Positions 12,130 through 23,532 of a stretch of DNA of 64,000 nt are shown one piece after another. A program made the position numbers and the translations under genes. This DNA is from Azolla caroliniana (lineage: Eukaryota; Plantae; Polypodiophyta), in NCBI GenBank assembly GCA_043228905.1, contig JBHGNT010000015.1:9300001-9364000 (forward strand), written 5' to 3'. Under the pieces are notes generated by a model. It had not been told where the DNA came from and ran no database searches. It was given only the letters and a program-made list of their open reading frames with translations. Position 1 is the first letter of the stretch, and each line of letters opens with the position of its first letter.

Positions 12130-14750
12130 AAGCTCATCTTCACCTACAACGCCTGTGAATAATGACACATGTGAAGAGTTCTCTATTGAAGAATATGATA
12201 TTAATAAAGATACGGAGAATGAAGGTAGTGCCAATAAAACATCGAATATCATGGGCGATGGTCACAACAAAGAATTGGATAGTAACAAGGTTACACCAAC
12301 TTCTATGCAGGAAGAGAAATCTGGAAGCCCTATGCATATTAGAAGAATCCCACGAAGAATTCGTTTGGCTAGATTTAACTTGGTGACATCAGATAAACAG
12401 ATTGGATTTTATGTCAAAAAAATGTGTTGTGCCCGTGGTTATATGTCTATGATTGGAAAATCAAAGTTGCGAGAATTAAGGCGATACTATTTTTTGATGA
12501 CTGGTGATGAGCAAGACACTTACCTCGGGTCACATATGCAACTAGTGTCTGACAAATGTATGGGGATCAAAGTATCATTCAAATATTATATATTCCATGC
12601 GCAATAGATATGTAGAGTTGCATTCAAAATTGCGTTATGTGTTAGTAACATGCGGCTACATAGAGTACACCAATGTCTACTTAGCGGGGATCCGATGCTC
12701 AATTGTAAAGAGGTTCCAAGTATGAAAGGTGCAATTGGAAGACATGCTATTGGTTGGATGAAAAGTTACTTTCAGTTAAATTGTCAAGTAATGCCCACTA
12801 CAGGTAGGATGCACCTCTCTGATAATTACACACGTCGGGAAGTTTATGATGTCTATCGATCTGATATGGTGGGCTCATGTAATAAGTCTATCACATATAG
12901 CCAATTCACAAGATTATGGAGAGCTCGGTTTTCAAATGTTATCATTCCACGTAAAGTACGCATGGGGTATTGCTCCATTTGTGCAAATCTTAAAAGTTTG
13001 GCTAAAGGTGCAAAGACATCAATGGAAAAGGATATGAGTAAGAAGTTACTACAAGAGCATCATGAGGCACAATCGTTAGAACAAAAGAAGGCGATGCATC
13101 ATAGAGAGAAGTGTTTGAAGAGGCCCGAACAATACATGTGCTTAATGATAGATGGCATGGACCAGAAGAAGACGTGCTTGCCGCATATGGGGAGGCTCCC
13201 CAAAGACGTCAATGATGAGTGCCTTGTTCAAATGCACCTGGTGGGATGCTTGGCTTATAACAGGTCAGTTGGACCTCATGTCTTCATTACATACCCCAAT
13301 GTTCACAATGACCCTAACCTAACAGTTACAGTGATTCACCGAGTTTTGATGTCTTGGGGCCAACCGTTCCCCCCTGTTCTATGCATTCAATTGGACAATA
13401 CTGCTAGAGAGAACAAAAATTCAACTGTGTTTGGCTATCTAAGTATGTTGGTCAACCAAGGATTGTTTAGCAAAGTGAAAGTCAATTTTCTTTTGGTTGG
13501 CCACACATGATCATATAGATAAGATGTTTAGCACATTCTCTAGACAATTGTCTCGGCATGATGCTTTCACATTACCTAAACTATTTGATGTCATTTGTGA
13601 TGGATATACACCACGCCCAAAAGTGTTACACTTGAAGAAGGTATATGATTATAAGAGATATATATCAGATGGGGGTGTTGGGAATGTTAAAGTGCTCGCC
13701 AAGTTAAACAATATAAGCTTCAATCACATTTTTATGATAAAGAAAAATGAAATAAGTGGTTCTATGCTTTTGTATGCTAAACAATATTCATCTTCTACAA
13801 CATGGGAACCTGAAGGTGGTTACCAGTGATTACTTTGTATGCCGAGTACAATTGTCCATGGAGCTAAACAAATGCCAATTGAGAAGAAAGGATAGTTGCA
13901 TACTGACTTGGTATCGAACAAAAACGGTTATGGCTCCAAGCCTTAGAAGAAAAAAGAAAGCATATTGAGGCCGCCAAGAAATATGCTACACAACAAGACA
14001 CGTCATGGTGTGATGTATTTTTTATTGATCAGAAAGGAATTATAGACAATTGTGTATTTGGTGATAATTGGAATTTGGAAATGCCATTCACATGGTCGCT
14101 ACAACATGATCATGTAAATAAAACTCCGAAGCAACCAACAAATACGATTAATGACAATTTGGTCCATCCACAACAAAGAGACATTTATGTGGGACCAAGG
14201 ATGACCAAAGCAACCGAAGCTAGATGACAAGGCAATTTGCAAGAGCTCGCAGTGGAGATGTTGATTGCAATGCCAACTGATGAGAACTCACATGGCCACC
14301 AATTTTGGGTTGGTAAAATTCTCGAAGTGCTAATGCATGAAATAGAAAACACGATCAAGTCTATAAACATTCATTGGTATAACACTAGAAGGGAAAATGC
14401 TTTTATAGGTAAGGAGATGATTGAATGCCCAACAACAAGGGGAGGTAGGAAGAGGAAGCGAAAATTCGTAACACCTCGACCCTTGATATCTCTGATGTGG
14501 ATATCATCATGTACGACTTCACGCTTACAAAAGCTGGACGATTAAGGAAGTCAATAATAGATATAATAAAAGAAAAATTACCAGGTCTACAAGGTGGCTT
14601 GAGTTGAAGGCAAACGAGATCTGCTGTAACATATAATCTAGAGTCAAACCATTTGGTTTATGACAAAGATAATGCACTGATTGGTACATCCAAGGATGAC
14701 GAGGAGGAATCTTCATTGTATATTAGTTATAGTAGTGATTCTCCGTAAAG
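11972..14750 (+). pseudogene. Sola-like / DUF7869-type DDD transposase with Cys-rich N-terminus and Tudor-like C-terminal region
   Basis: ORFs 11972-12607, 12650-13510, 13497-13829 and 14237-14545. Motifs ICRVAF..SNMRL, IPRKVRMGYCSIC, IDGMDQ, QLDNTARENKN, FLLVGHT-HDHIDKMFS, FWVGKI..IHWY, YDFTLTKAGRL. In-frame stop at 12605 and frameshift near 13508. Confidence 0.78.
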
Positions 14751-15114
14751 GAGTGATCATGAATGTATTTTTGGCTATTAAGTGTAACTACATTCCGCTT
14801 GTAACAAATAGAGTAATATAAAAGCATGTGTTTTGAATTCTTATGATTTCTAAAAAATCGTTTCTTATAAAATAACATTGGTTGTAAAGTTTGTGATATA
14901 AATTGAGAATGTAACTTTTTGAAATTCCTCTTTTTTTATTTACTTCTAAATCACGAAAATAGTGGAATTTTAACCTTTTTCATAGTATATTTGAACATGT
15001 ATGATATTGGTATCAATGTGTTTTGTAAAATCATTGAAAAAGCCCTAAAATCAAACAAAATATTCCTTATCCTTCCATTTATGCGCAATCCTTTCACTTG
15101 TGAACGCGAAGGTG

Positions 15115-15483
15115 TTCTCGGCGCTTGTTTCAAGCCATATAGACTTGTCTTTAATCAACATACGAGGTGTCTTTCCTCCCCCATCGCCGACAAGCCTGCC
15201 GGTTGAGACATGTAGATGTCTTCTTCTAGATCTCCATGGAAGAATGTCATCTTTACATTGATGTGCTCAAGCTCAAGATCTTCTGTCGCTACAACTCCCA
15301 GTAGGAGTCGGAGGGTGGTCATCTTGACTACTGGTGAGAATATCTCTTCGTAGTCGACCCCATGTTCTTGCTTGAACCCTTTTGCAACAAGCCGAGATTT
15401 TTACTTGGGTTTTTCTGAGTTGGATACATACTTGTATCGGAATACCCATTTGCAAGGTAGCGGCTTTCTTCCAACTGGTAGTT
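15115..15483 (-). mobile_element. Copia B RT fragment
   Basis: Minus strand encodes PLPCKWVFRYK, HGDLEED and SLYGLKQAPR-like segments. Confidence 0.85.
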
Positions 15484-16099
15484 TGAGGCCGTCCACTATT
15501 CGGCATTGGCCGTAATCTGGGTAGGAGGGGAAATGGGCACTGGTAGGGAGAAGAACGCCGAATTTTCGCCAGTCTTTCTTGATAGCCTAGCTGGGAAGAA
15601 GGACGAAGCAGATCGCGCGGAGCAACGAATCCAGGAGGTTACTAGATGGGACCACCTGAGGGAGGGGAGACTAGCCTCGTTGAGGTTGTGTTACGGGATG
15701 AACATATAATATCCTGTGGTGAGAATTTACCGTAGTATTCTATACATGTGGATAAAGTGTGAGAGTTAAATGAGAGTGTAAAGAAGGGGAGGATTACTTT
15801 GGATTGAGACAACCCATTAGGCCAACCCCTGGGGGGCTTAGGTCTGGTTATAAATATGAGGCCTAACTATTGGACACATTATCGACTCTTGTAGCAAGCG
15901 CTCCAACACCATGTACGACTCGACGCCACAACGGTGGTATGGGACAATGATCGAGGCTCGAGTCCATCTCGATCCATTCGCTCGGGGGTGGTCGGATGGA
16001 TCGACAACCTTCTCTCCCTCTCTCCTTTCTTATTTTCTATCTTTTATCCTTATCGTATGCTTTCATTAAATCATCACTCTAACAATTGGTATCCGAGCC
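15484..16099 (+). mobile_element. 5' LTR (about 15484-16084) plus iMet PBS of a further LTR family, followed by a non-coding AT-rich leader to about 17500
   Basis: Ends ..CTAACA, then AT and TGGTATCCGAGCC (16087-16099). TATAAAT near 15850. Start inferred from the TG at the copia breakpoint. No partner LTR seen. Confidence 0.65.
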
Positions 16100-18050
16100 A
16101 TGTTTCTTATGCTTCTTTTGTTGGTTTTTGTTGTCTTCTTGATGGATGGTGATCGGTCGACATGCGATCGACCTTGATCCAGATAGCAATCAATAAGGGA
16201 ACTTCGGTAACTCTTTCTTGTTTTTTTCTATTCTTTCTTCTCCCAATCTAATCATGTATAGTCAATATTTTTTTTCTTTATTGATTCAATGATGTTGTAG
16301 TGATAACAGATTGGTTGTATAAAATGTATTCACATGTGTCTGAGATCTATACCTCATTTGACATATATCTGATATGTGATTCATGTCGTATGCGTATGAG
16401 GTCAATACCTCAATTTCTATGTAAATGATATGTGTTTGGTGTCGTATGCGTAAGAGGTGAATACCTCAATTGCGTATTACGAATAACCCTTATTTTTGGA
16501 TGTTTCCTGTGCGTAGAGGCTATATGCATCGATTACGTATCTCGATTACATCATTATTGGCTATTTGATGTTACGATTTATTTAATATAAGCATATGTGG
16601 TCACGTGTATACGTATTTGATCATATATATGTGATAAATATACTTATGTGTATATTAGTTAGTTATTACATGATTTTCTATATCGAATGTTGTCCTTTTC
16701 AGGGAAAGGATCTTGGTGGCCGTCCTCACATTTTTGTGAGAATGGCGTAGTCACCATCCTTTTTTCAACAATTTGTTTTGTTATAATCCCCGTTGGTCAC
16801 TTCGATTTTGTTACGTAATGAATTGATCATAGCCACAATGATGTTGAGAATGTAGGGCTTGACCCACTTCATGTGAGGTTGCTCCTATGACACACATATC
16901 CAACATCCCTCCCTCATTATATGGATACGATGCCACCATGAGATCATTCTTACAAAAGGCATTCGTAATGACAGAACCATGAGATGGGCCACGTGACCAT
17001 TAGGTTGCACTTTGGTGTATGCCATCATAATTACAAGACTTGAGGTTAGGTAATGTACCAACATAGTTTGTGGTAAACTAGGGGGAAATAAGGACTCTTG
17101 ACATATATGTTTCTTTTAAAAAACATATATGGGCAAATGCCTCACCTATCTCTTATACACATAAAACATTAAACATTCAAAAGAAGCAAACCATTTGGTT
17201 AGCTCAAGTGTTTAATTTATTTGTTCTCGAGGTCTCGAGTTCAAATATCACCAAGACCATACAACATTATTGATACATATGACTATAACACATGTTTAGA
17301 CTTTAGGTCTAAGTGCACTTCGGGGTCCTTGTAATAGGACTTAAAGAGCCGAAACCACATGGGTGGGCATAGAGACATAGTTTATTGTTAACAATTTTTC
17401 GTGTTTAGACTATTCATGACGCAAACATACATGGTTGAGCCTCGGGGAGCTGCCATGAAAAAATCGATATAGAGATAAGGGAAAGACATTCATTTGTTGA
17501 AGAACGGATATGCACAGAAATGTATGTGAGGATTTGTCGGTTGTGCTCAACAAACAACATAGAAGGATGGCAAGAAGATATAGACAGATGTTAGATACAC
17601 AGATGAAGCTTTAATGGAAGCTCTCTTCGCTGCCTCGTAGGTGCCTGTTGAGCGGCAAACTCAACCGAATCCTGATCGGCTAAATAAGCCTGAATAGGAT
17701 CAACATCCAGAAGGATGAGCCGGTTAGCCAGATCCATTAGTAACCGGAAGCCTAGTAGCAACCGAGGCTACAAGGTAGTTAATGTCTCGTAGTTAGTGTC
17801 AGACGCTCGTGTGAGCATTGAAGTACACCATACTTCTGTCAGCCCGTATGGACTTGTATAAAAGTGTTCACTGAACACATACGATGTACAGAGTATTACA
17901 GAGAACTATTATTGTTTTGTAATAGATTTTTAACTTGTTCTGCTCTCTCTCTCTGTCTCTCCTGCGTATTGTGTATTTTCAAGCTCTCCATTAAACCTGC
18001 GTATTTTTTGTGTTCGGTTTTCTACTTGCTTCTGCACGCTATTCTTTACA

Positions 18051-18062
18051 TGGTATCAGAGC
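18051..18062 (+). promoter_or_regulatory. Primer-binding site, tRNA-iMet
   Basis: TGGTATCAGAGC directly after the LTR ..TTTACA. Confidence 0.95.
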
Positions 18063-18133
18063 GCGAGGGTTGAGAACCTCTATAGCCGACAGAGCTTGAA
18101 AGGAAAACCAACCAAGAAGAACAGGTAAAACCG

Positions 18134-21100
18134 ATGGATAGAGGTATGGCTAGCTCGCTTCCGACGGAGAAGCTTGACAGAAACAACTACGTGTCTTGGT
18201 CCTACAAGATGCACCAGTACCTGCTCGGGCACGATTACTGGAGCTATGTCGACGAAGCAAATGACACAGCACCCAAATCGACACCCAGAGATTTCCTGAC
18301 GTGGGAACAGTCAGCGAGCAAAGTATTGTACTGCTTCACGTCTTGTGTGGGCGAACAACTCCTAAGCTACATTCAGGATGCAAGAACGTCGAAAGATGCT
18401 TGGGGAAATTTGAAAGAGATTTTCACCGCAAGCACTACAGCTAGGAAGCTTCAACTCCAACAAGAGCTGAGCAACCTACGACAACGCGACTTGTCGGTGG
18501 TAGACTACACCTCCAAAATCAAGGACATTTGCAAGTCTTTGGCCTCCATTGATGTGAATATCGAAGAAGCGATATGGTGCAAATCTGTCTCGGAGGTTTG
18601 GCGTCAAAGTTTGGAGCGTTCCGAATTGTTGTGTGTACAAGGGAGAATACACCATCATTTTTTGACTTACAGTCGATGCTCCTTGTAGAGGAGAACCACG
18701 CCGGTGTGTCAACAAGTGCACCCACCGACAACCGGATGTTGTACACGTAGGCGGATCGGCCCCGTGGGCATGGTGGACGAGGCGGGTCAGCTCGCAATGG
18801 TAGCGGCCGGCAAGAGCAGGACCGAAGGCACAAAGAACGTGCCCACAACAGCTTCAGACCCTCCACAAGCAGAGGGAGTCAAGGCGGCGTCAGAGGCCGG
18901 CAAGCAAAGGCCGACACGAAATGTTGGTACTGTGGTAAAAAGGGCCATAGAGAAAGCGAGTGCTGGAAGAAGCACGCCGATTTAGACAGATCCGGATCCG
19001 ACAAGGCCGGTAGAGAGAACCGACAATACTCGCACTACGCAGAAGGATCGGGAGGAACCGAAACCGGAAAAGCCGATAAAGGGCCAACCTTGGTGATGAA
19101 ACACGAGGCTAACTCGATGAAGAAAACCACTTCCAAATCGGAGGAAGTGTGGTACGTTGATTCCAGTGCGTCAAATCACATGACGAGCCACAAAGAGCGG
19201 TTCTCTTTCTTGGAGAAACCGGAACAACCGGGAGTCGTCGAAACCGGAGACGACACTCCTCACCCAATCGTGCATGTCAGAGAAGTCCCTTTGAGCCACG
19301 TCAGACAGAGGGGGAAGCTTATGAACATATTACACGTTCCAACCATCATGAAGAACCTAGTGTCAGACGGTCAGATCGTTGACGAGGGGATACAGGTGCG
19401 GTTTATGCACCTTGGGTGGTTCATAGAGGAAGAGGGCCAGATTATTGCGCAAGGGTGTAGAGATGGGAGGCTGTTCATCCTTGACACCAATGATGTCGGC
19501 ACCACTTTGTTCGCCAAAGGATAGAAGATTAAATCGGATATTGATTTCTGGCACAAGTGGATCGGCCACGTCAATTACCGGTGTCACGTTGTTACGCGCG
19601 TACGTGTAGGAAGGGGCGGGACCACGAGGGTCTTGGACCGAGGAGCGAGAGAGAGAGAGAGAGAGAGAGAGATAGAACGTATCACTTAATTATAATGGCA
19701 GGAGATTACAAACTCCGACGGTTACAACCGACAAAGCGGCGACGGACCCGACACGGGAACCCTACTCACGCACACTGACGACAGTCACACGAATCAAGAA
19801 AACAAAAGGGAAAACGAGCGACTCCGCTGGAAGCACACGGGCTGTCCACGAAGTAGAGGCAACAACCTCCCGACACCCGCAGAGAGCGACGATTCGAGAC
19901 GAAGAGAGAGAGCTCCGCCTTCCGTTCTACAGCAACACTTCCCTTCCTCCTCGCTCGCGATCCTCGTTTTTCCTTGTCCTCTTCCCTTTATTCCCCTGTC
20001 CCTCTGACCGGGATACGCACAATCCCCCCCTAATAAATGCGTGTGGCTTCGTATTTACACCCACCGGTTCGTGTACAAATGTCAAGTCACGCGTCCATCC
20101 GTGTAAGGGCCGGTTTACGCGCTTTCTCTCCGATTCCGCCTATGGCCGGTTTTCTTCACGACATCGGATGCTTCAAGACCTGCAGACGAAACAAGTTGTT
20201 TTCGGTTTGCCGAAGTTTAGTGGCCGGAAGGCCCAAATATGTGAAGCCTCCCAACTCTGGAAGCAACACTGGCTTTCATTCCCTACTGAATGAAACCGTG
20301 GCCGTAAGAAGATTGACCTTATTCATTCGGATGTATGGGGACCGACATAGAACGTTAGTCTTGGCGGGAGTCGATACTTCGTCTCCTTCATTGACGATTA
20401 CAGCCGACACACATGGATCTACCTCATTGAGCGGAAGAGCGAAATCTTGGAGTGTTTCCGGAACCTGCAAAGCCTGGTTGAACGGGAAACGGAGAGGAAG
20501 ATCAAGTGCCTGCAGTCAGATGGAGGAATAGAATATATTTCCGGCCAATTCAATAGTTATCTGCAGCAAAAAGGAATTCAGAGAGAGTTCACCTGCAAAT
20601 ATACACCGGAGCAAAACGGTGTGGCCGAAAGGAAGAACTGGTCGATTGTCGACGGGGCATGGGCAATGCTGGAGGAGAAGAGCATGCCCCATTTCTAATG
20701 GGCTGAGGCGGTCTGGACGACCGTCTACATCCAAAACCAGATCGGTGACAAGGTGTCCACGCATGAGCTGTATTTCGGGCGCAAGCCGAATTTGAGACAC
20801 CTTCGGATATTCGGTAGCATTGCATATGTGCATGTGCCAGGTGAGAAGCGGAGGAAGTTGGATGCAAAGTCAGAGAAATGCATCCTGGTCTGTTGCTCGC
20901 ATGAGCAAAAGGGGTATAAGTGTTATAACCCTCGGACGAAGCAGGTTCGAGTTCATTGGGATGTTGAGTTTGATGAGACGGCATCATGGTATGCTTTACC
21001 GGCTCCGACTTCCGACCTCGACCCGATATTGGAAGATGAGGCTAGTGAGCTCGAGGAGGTCCAAGTAGAAGATGAAGACTTCGGCACTCTAGAAAAGAGT

Positions 21101-21701
21101 CTAATCTCATTCCGGCTAAGTGGACCGAATGAGCGGCTGCGTCGGGATGACCGGTCGGATGAGGAACCGGCGAGTAATGGAGACTCTACTGTGCTCTCCC
21201 CGCGCAAGGAACCGAGGAGACGGTTCACGCGCAAAGAGAAGGGAAAGAAGAAGATGCCGGAATATGAAACCGGCAACGTTGAGTTGGATCGGAGCGAATC
21301 CGACTCCGGAAAGGATTAAGGTGGATCTTCGAGAATGAAGTCCGAACCGGCCAAGAAGGGCCTCAAACCGGGTAACGATAAGTTACTCCGGTCTTCCCGC
21401 TAGAAGAACCCCATGAAGCGGTACGGGTACAATGAGTACATGGCACATCACTATGCGTACATGACCAAGGTGGCGGAAGTGCGTGAGCCGGAGAGCTATG
21501 CAGAAGCGGCAAGGGACGCAAATTGGCGTGCCGCTATGGAGGAAGAAATGCGGGCACTTGATGCCAACGACACATTGGACCTAGTTGACCCTCCCCGACA
21601 CTGTAAACCGATTGGATGTAAGTGGGTGTACAAGGTAAAGTACAATGCCGATGGTTCGGTTAACCGGTACAAGGCCCGGTTAGTGGCGAAGGGATACACA
21701 T
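18134..21701 (+). pseudogene. gag-pol: Copia gag-protease-integrase-RT start (interrupted by a solo LTR)
   Basis: [70 protein letters not shown]. Confidence 0.92.
19582..20163 (-). mobile_element. Solo LTR related to the fungal-like gypsy family
   Basis: TGTCACG...CACGACA with 4-bp TSD CCGG/TCGG. Removing it restores the copia frame N-Y-R-M-L-Q-D. Confidence 0.88.
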
Positions 21702-22431
21702 TGTCGTGCCTTTTGGCGTCGGATCGTTGCGTGAGTCGGGTGGGAACTGCTGAGGTTTTAGACTAGGAGAAAAGAAAATTCTAAGGCAATTAAGAATATG
21801 AAATATATTGTAAGAAAGAAAGATATGAAAACTTCGTGAATCCCACGAGTATAGTGTATTAGTGAGTACTCAGATTAAGAGAGAAAAAAAAAAGTTAGCA
21901 AATTCGTGAATCCCACGATTATATTATATTAATCCACCCTTGTAAAATAAGCAACAACCCCCATACATCTTTCTCTCCTCCTTATATAAGGATGGAAGAG
22001 GCTAAGCATAGCTTCTTGCTTTTTCTAAAGTGTTCATGCACACTAAATGTGCATGAGTTGCCTTTTTACACTATGCTTTTATTTCCTAAATATAGTGCTC
22101 ATGCTCGCTAGATGTGCATGAGTCATTTTTTATTGGTGTACATTTTTCTTATAAATAAAGTATTGACACATTCTAAAAAATGCATGACTTACCTTTTAAT
22201 AAAGGTAGACGTAAATAAAGGTCTTATACGTGTTAAATCTATATTTAGAACACTTAGGGTAATTTAGTACAATGGTAAGGTTGGGGTTTGTCTATGTGGA
22301 GGTACAAGGTTTGAATCTTGCCTTATGCACGTAATAAATAGTTTTAATATTTTATTTTATTTATTATACGTACTTTAAATCGGATATAGTATTTTACATA
22401 TTTCACGTAGTGTGTGATTCACACTACAACA
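21702..22431 (-). repeat. 3' LTR (type A) of the gypsy element
   Basis: Highly similar to 34653-35366. PPT complement CTCGCCCCCTCC at 22432. Confidence 0.92.
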
Positions 22432-22568
22432 CTCGCCCCCTCCAAACCCGCACATCCTCTGGTATGTGCCGAAGTCCCCGATGCTTGCTATTCACCTTCA
22501 TCCGAAGCTTCCTCCGATTCTCCCCTTAAGTCGACTATGAGTTGTAATCCACTTTCTTCCCTTTGCGC

Positions 22569-23476
22569 TGTCATGCCTTTCGGCTCCGGATCGTTGCGTG
22601 AGTCAGGTGGGAATCGCTGAGGTTTTGGACTAGGAGAAAGAAGAATATGAGATAAGGCTCCTTATGAATCGATTGCAAGAAAGAGAAATATTTGAAAGAA
22701 GATATGAAACTCGTGAATCCCACGAGTATAGTGTATTAATTGATACTTAGAATGTAAGAGAGAAATAGATGGGAAAAAAATCGTGAATCCCACGAATATA
22801 TTAGATTGATCAAAATCCTTGTAAAATAATCCACAACCTCTATACATCTTTCTCTCTTCCTTATATAGTGTTGTAAGAGTCTAAGTTTATCACATGCAAG
22901 CATCATGCTTTTCCTATTTTTAGTTTTCATGCACACTGCATGTGCATGATTAGCTTTCTATCTCATATTTTCTTCTAACTCGAGTGTCTATGCATGAATA
23001 ACTTTTTGTACCATGCATGTCTAGAAATTTTACATGGGATAAAGTTTAGTATAACTTTAAAATTCATAATACGCTAGTATAATGATAAGGCTTAACATTA
23101 TTAACATGGAGGTGCAAGGTTCGAATCTTGCCCTATGCATGTAATATATAATTTTATACTTTCTTCTATTTACAAATATGTCTCTTCATCTGGTGAGAGA
23201 CTCTCACCGGCCTTCTTCATCCGGCTCTTGTCGGTTCTGCTTCATTCGGTTCTCGCTGGTTTTCTTTATCCGGGTCTTACCGGATCCTTCTTACCGGTCC
23301 TCTTTGTCCGTTTCTCACCGACTCTCACCGGCCTTCTTCATCCGGCTCTTGCCGGTCTCCTTACCGGTTTCGGTCCTCACCGGTTCTTCCTTCTGGTTCT
23401 CACTGGGTACTCCATATCCTATCCGGAGAAACCAAAAATGTAATTTTTCACGTAGTGTGCGAATTACACTACGACA
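22569..23476 (-). repeat. Additional divergent LTR (type B) with a CCGG-rich repeat module
   Basis: TGTCATGCC...ACTACGACA with its own PPT complement at 23477. Ends are similar to the type A LTR, the middle is divergent. Confidence 0.88.
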
Positions 23477-23532
23477 CTCGCCCCCTCCAAACCCGCACAT
23501 CCTCCGGTATGTGCCGAAGTCCCCGATGCTTG

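Larger units (their letters stand above)
10894..15110 (+). mobile_element. Remnant of a Sola-like DDD DNA transposon (termini not resolved)
   Basis: AT-rich non-LTR block between copia fragments that carries a long degenerate transposase-like gene. No TIR pair or TSD found. Confidence 0.65.

Noticed and set aside
13490-13525. VGHTH as an HUH (Helitron/Replitron) motif
   Set aside because: The context fits the third acidic residue region of a Sola-like DDD enzyme, and no downstream catalytic tyrosine motif is evident.
17195-17255. Functional tRNA gene
   Set aside because: Only degenerate A/B-box-like motifs; no cloverleaf could be built.
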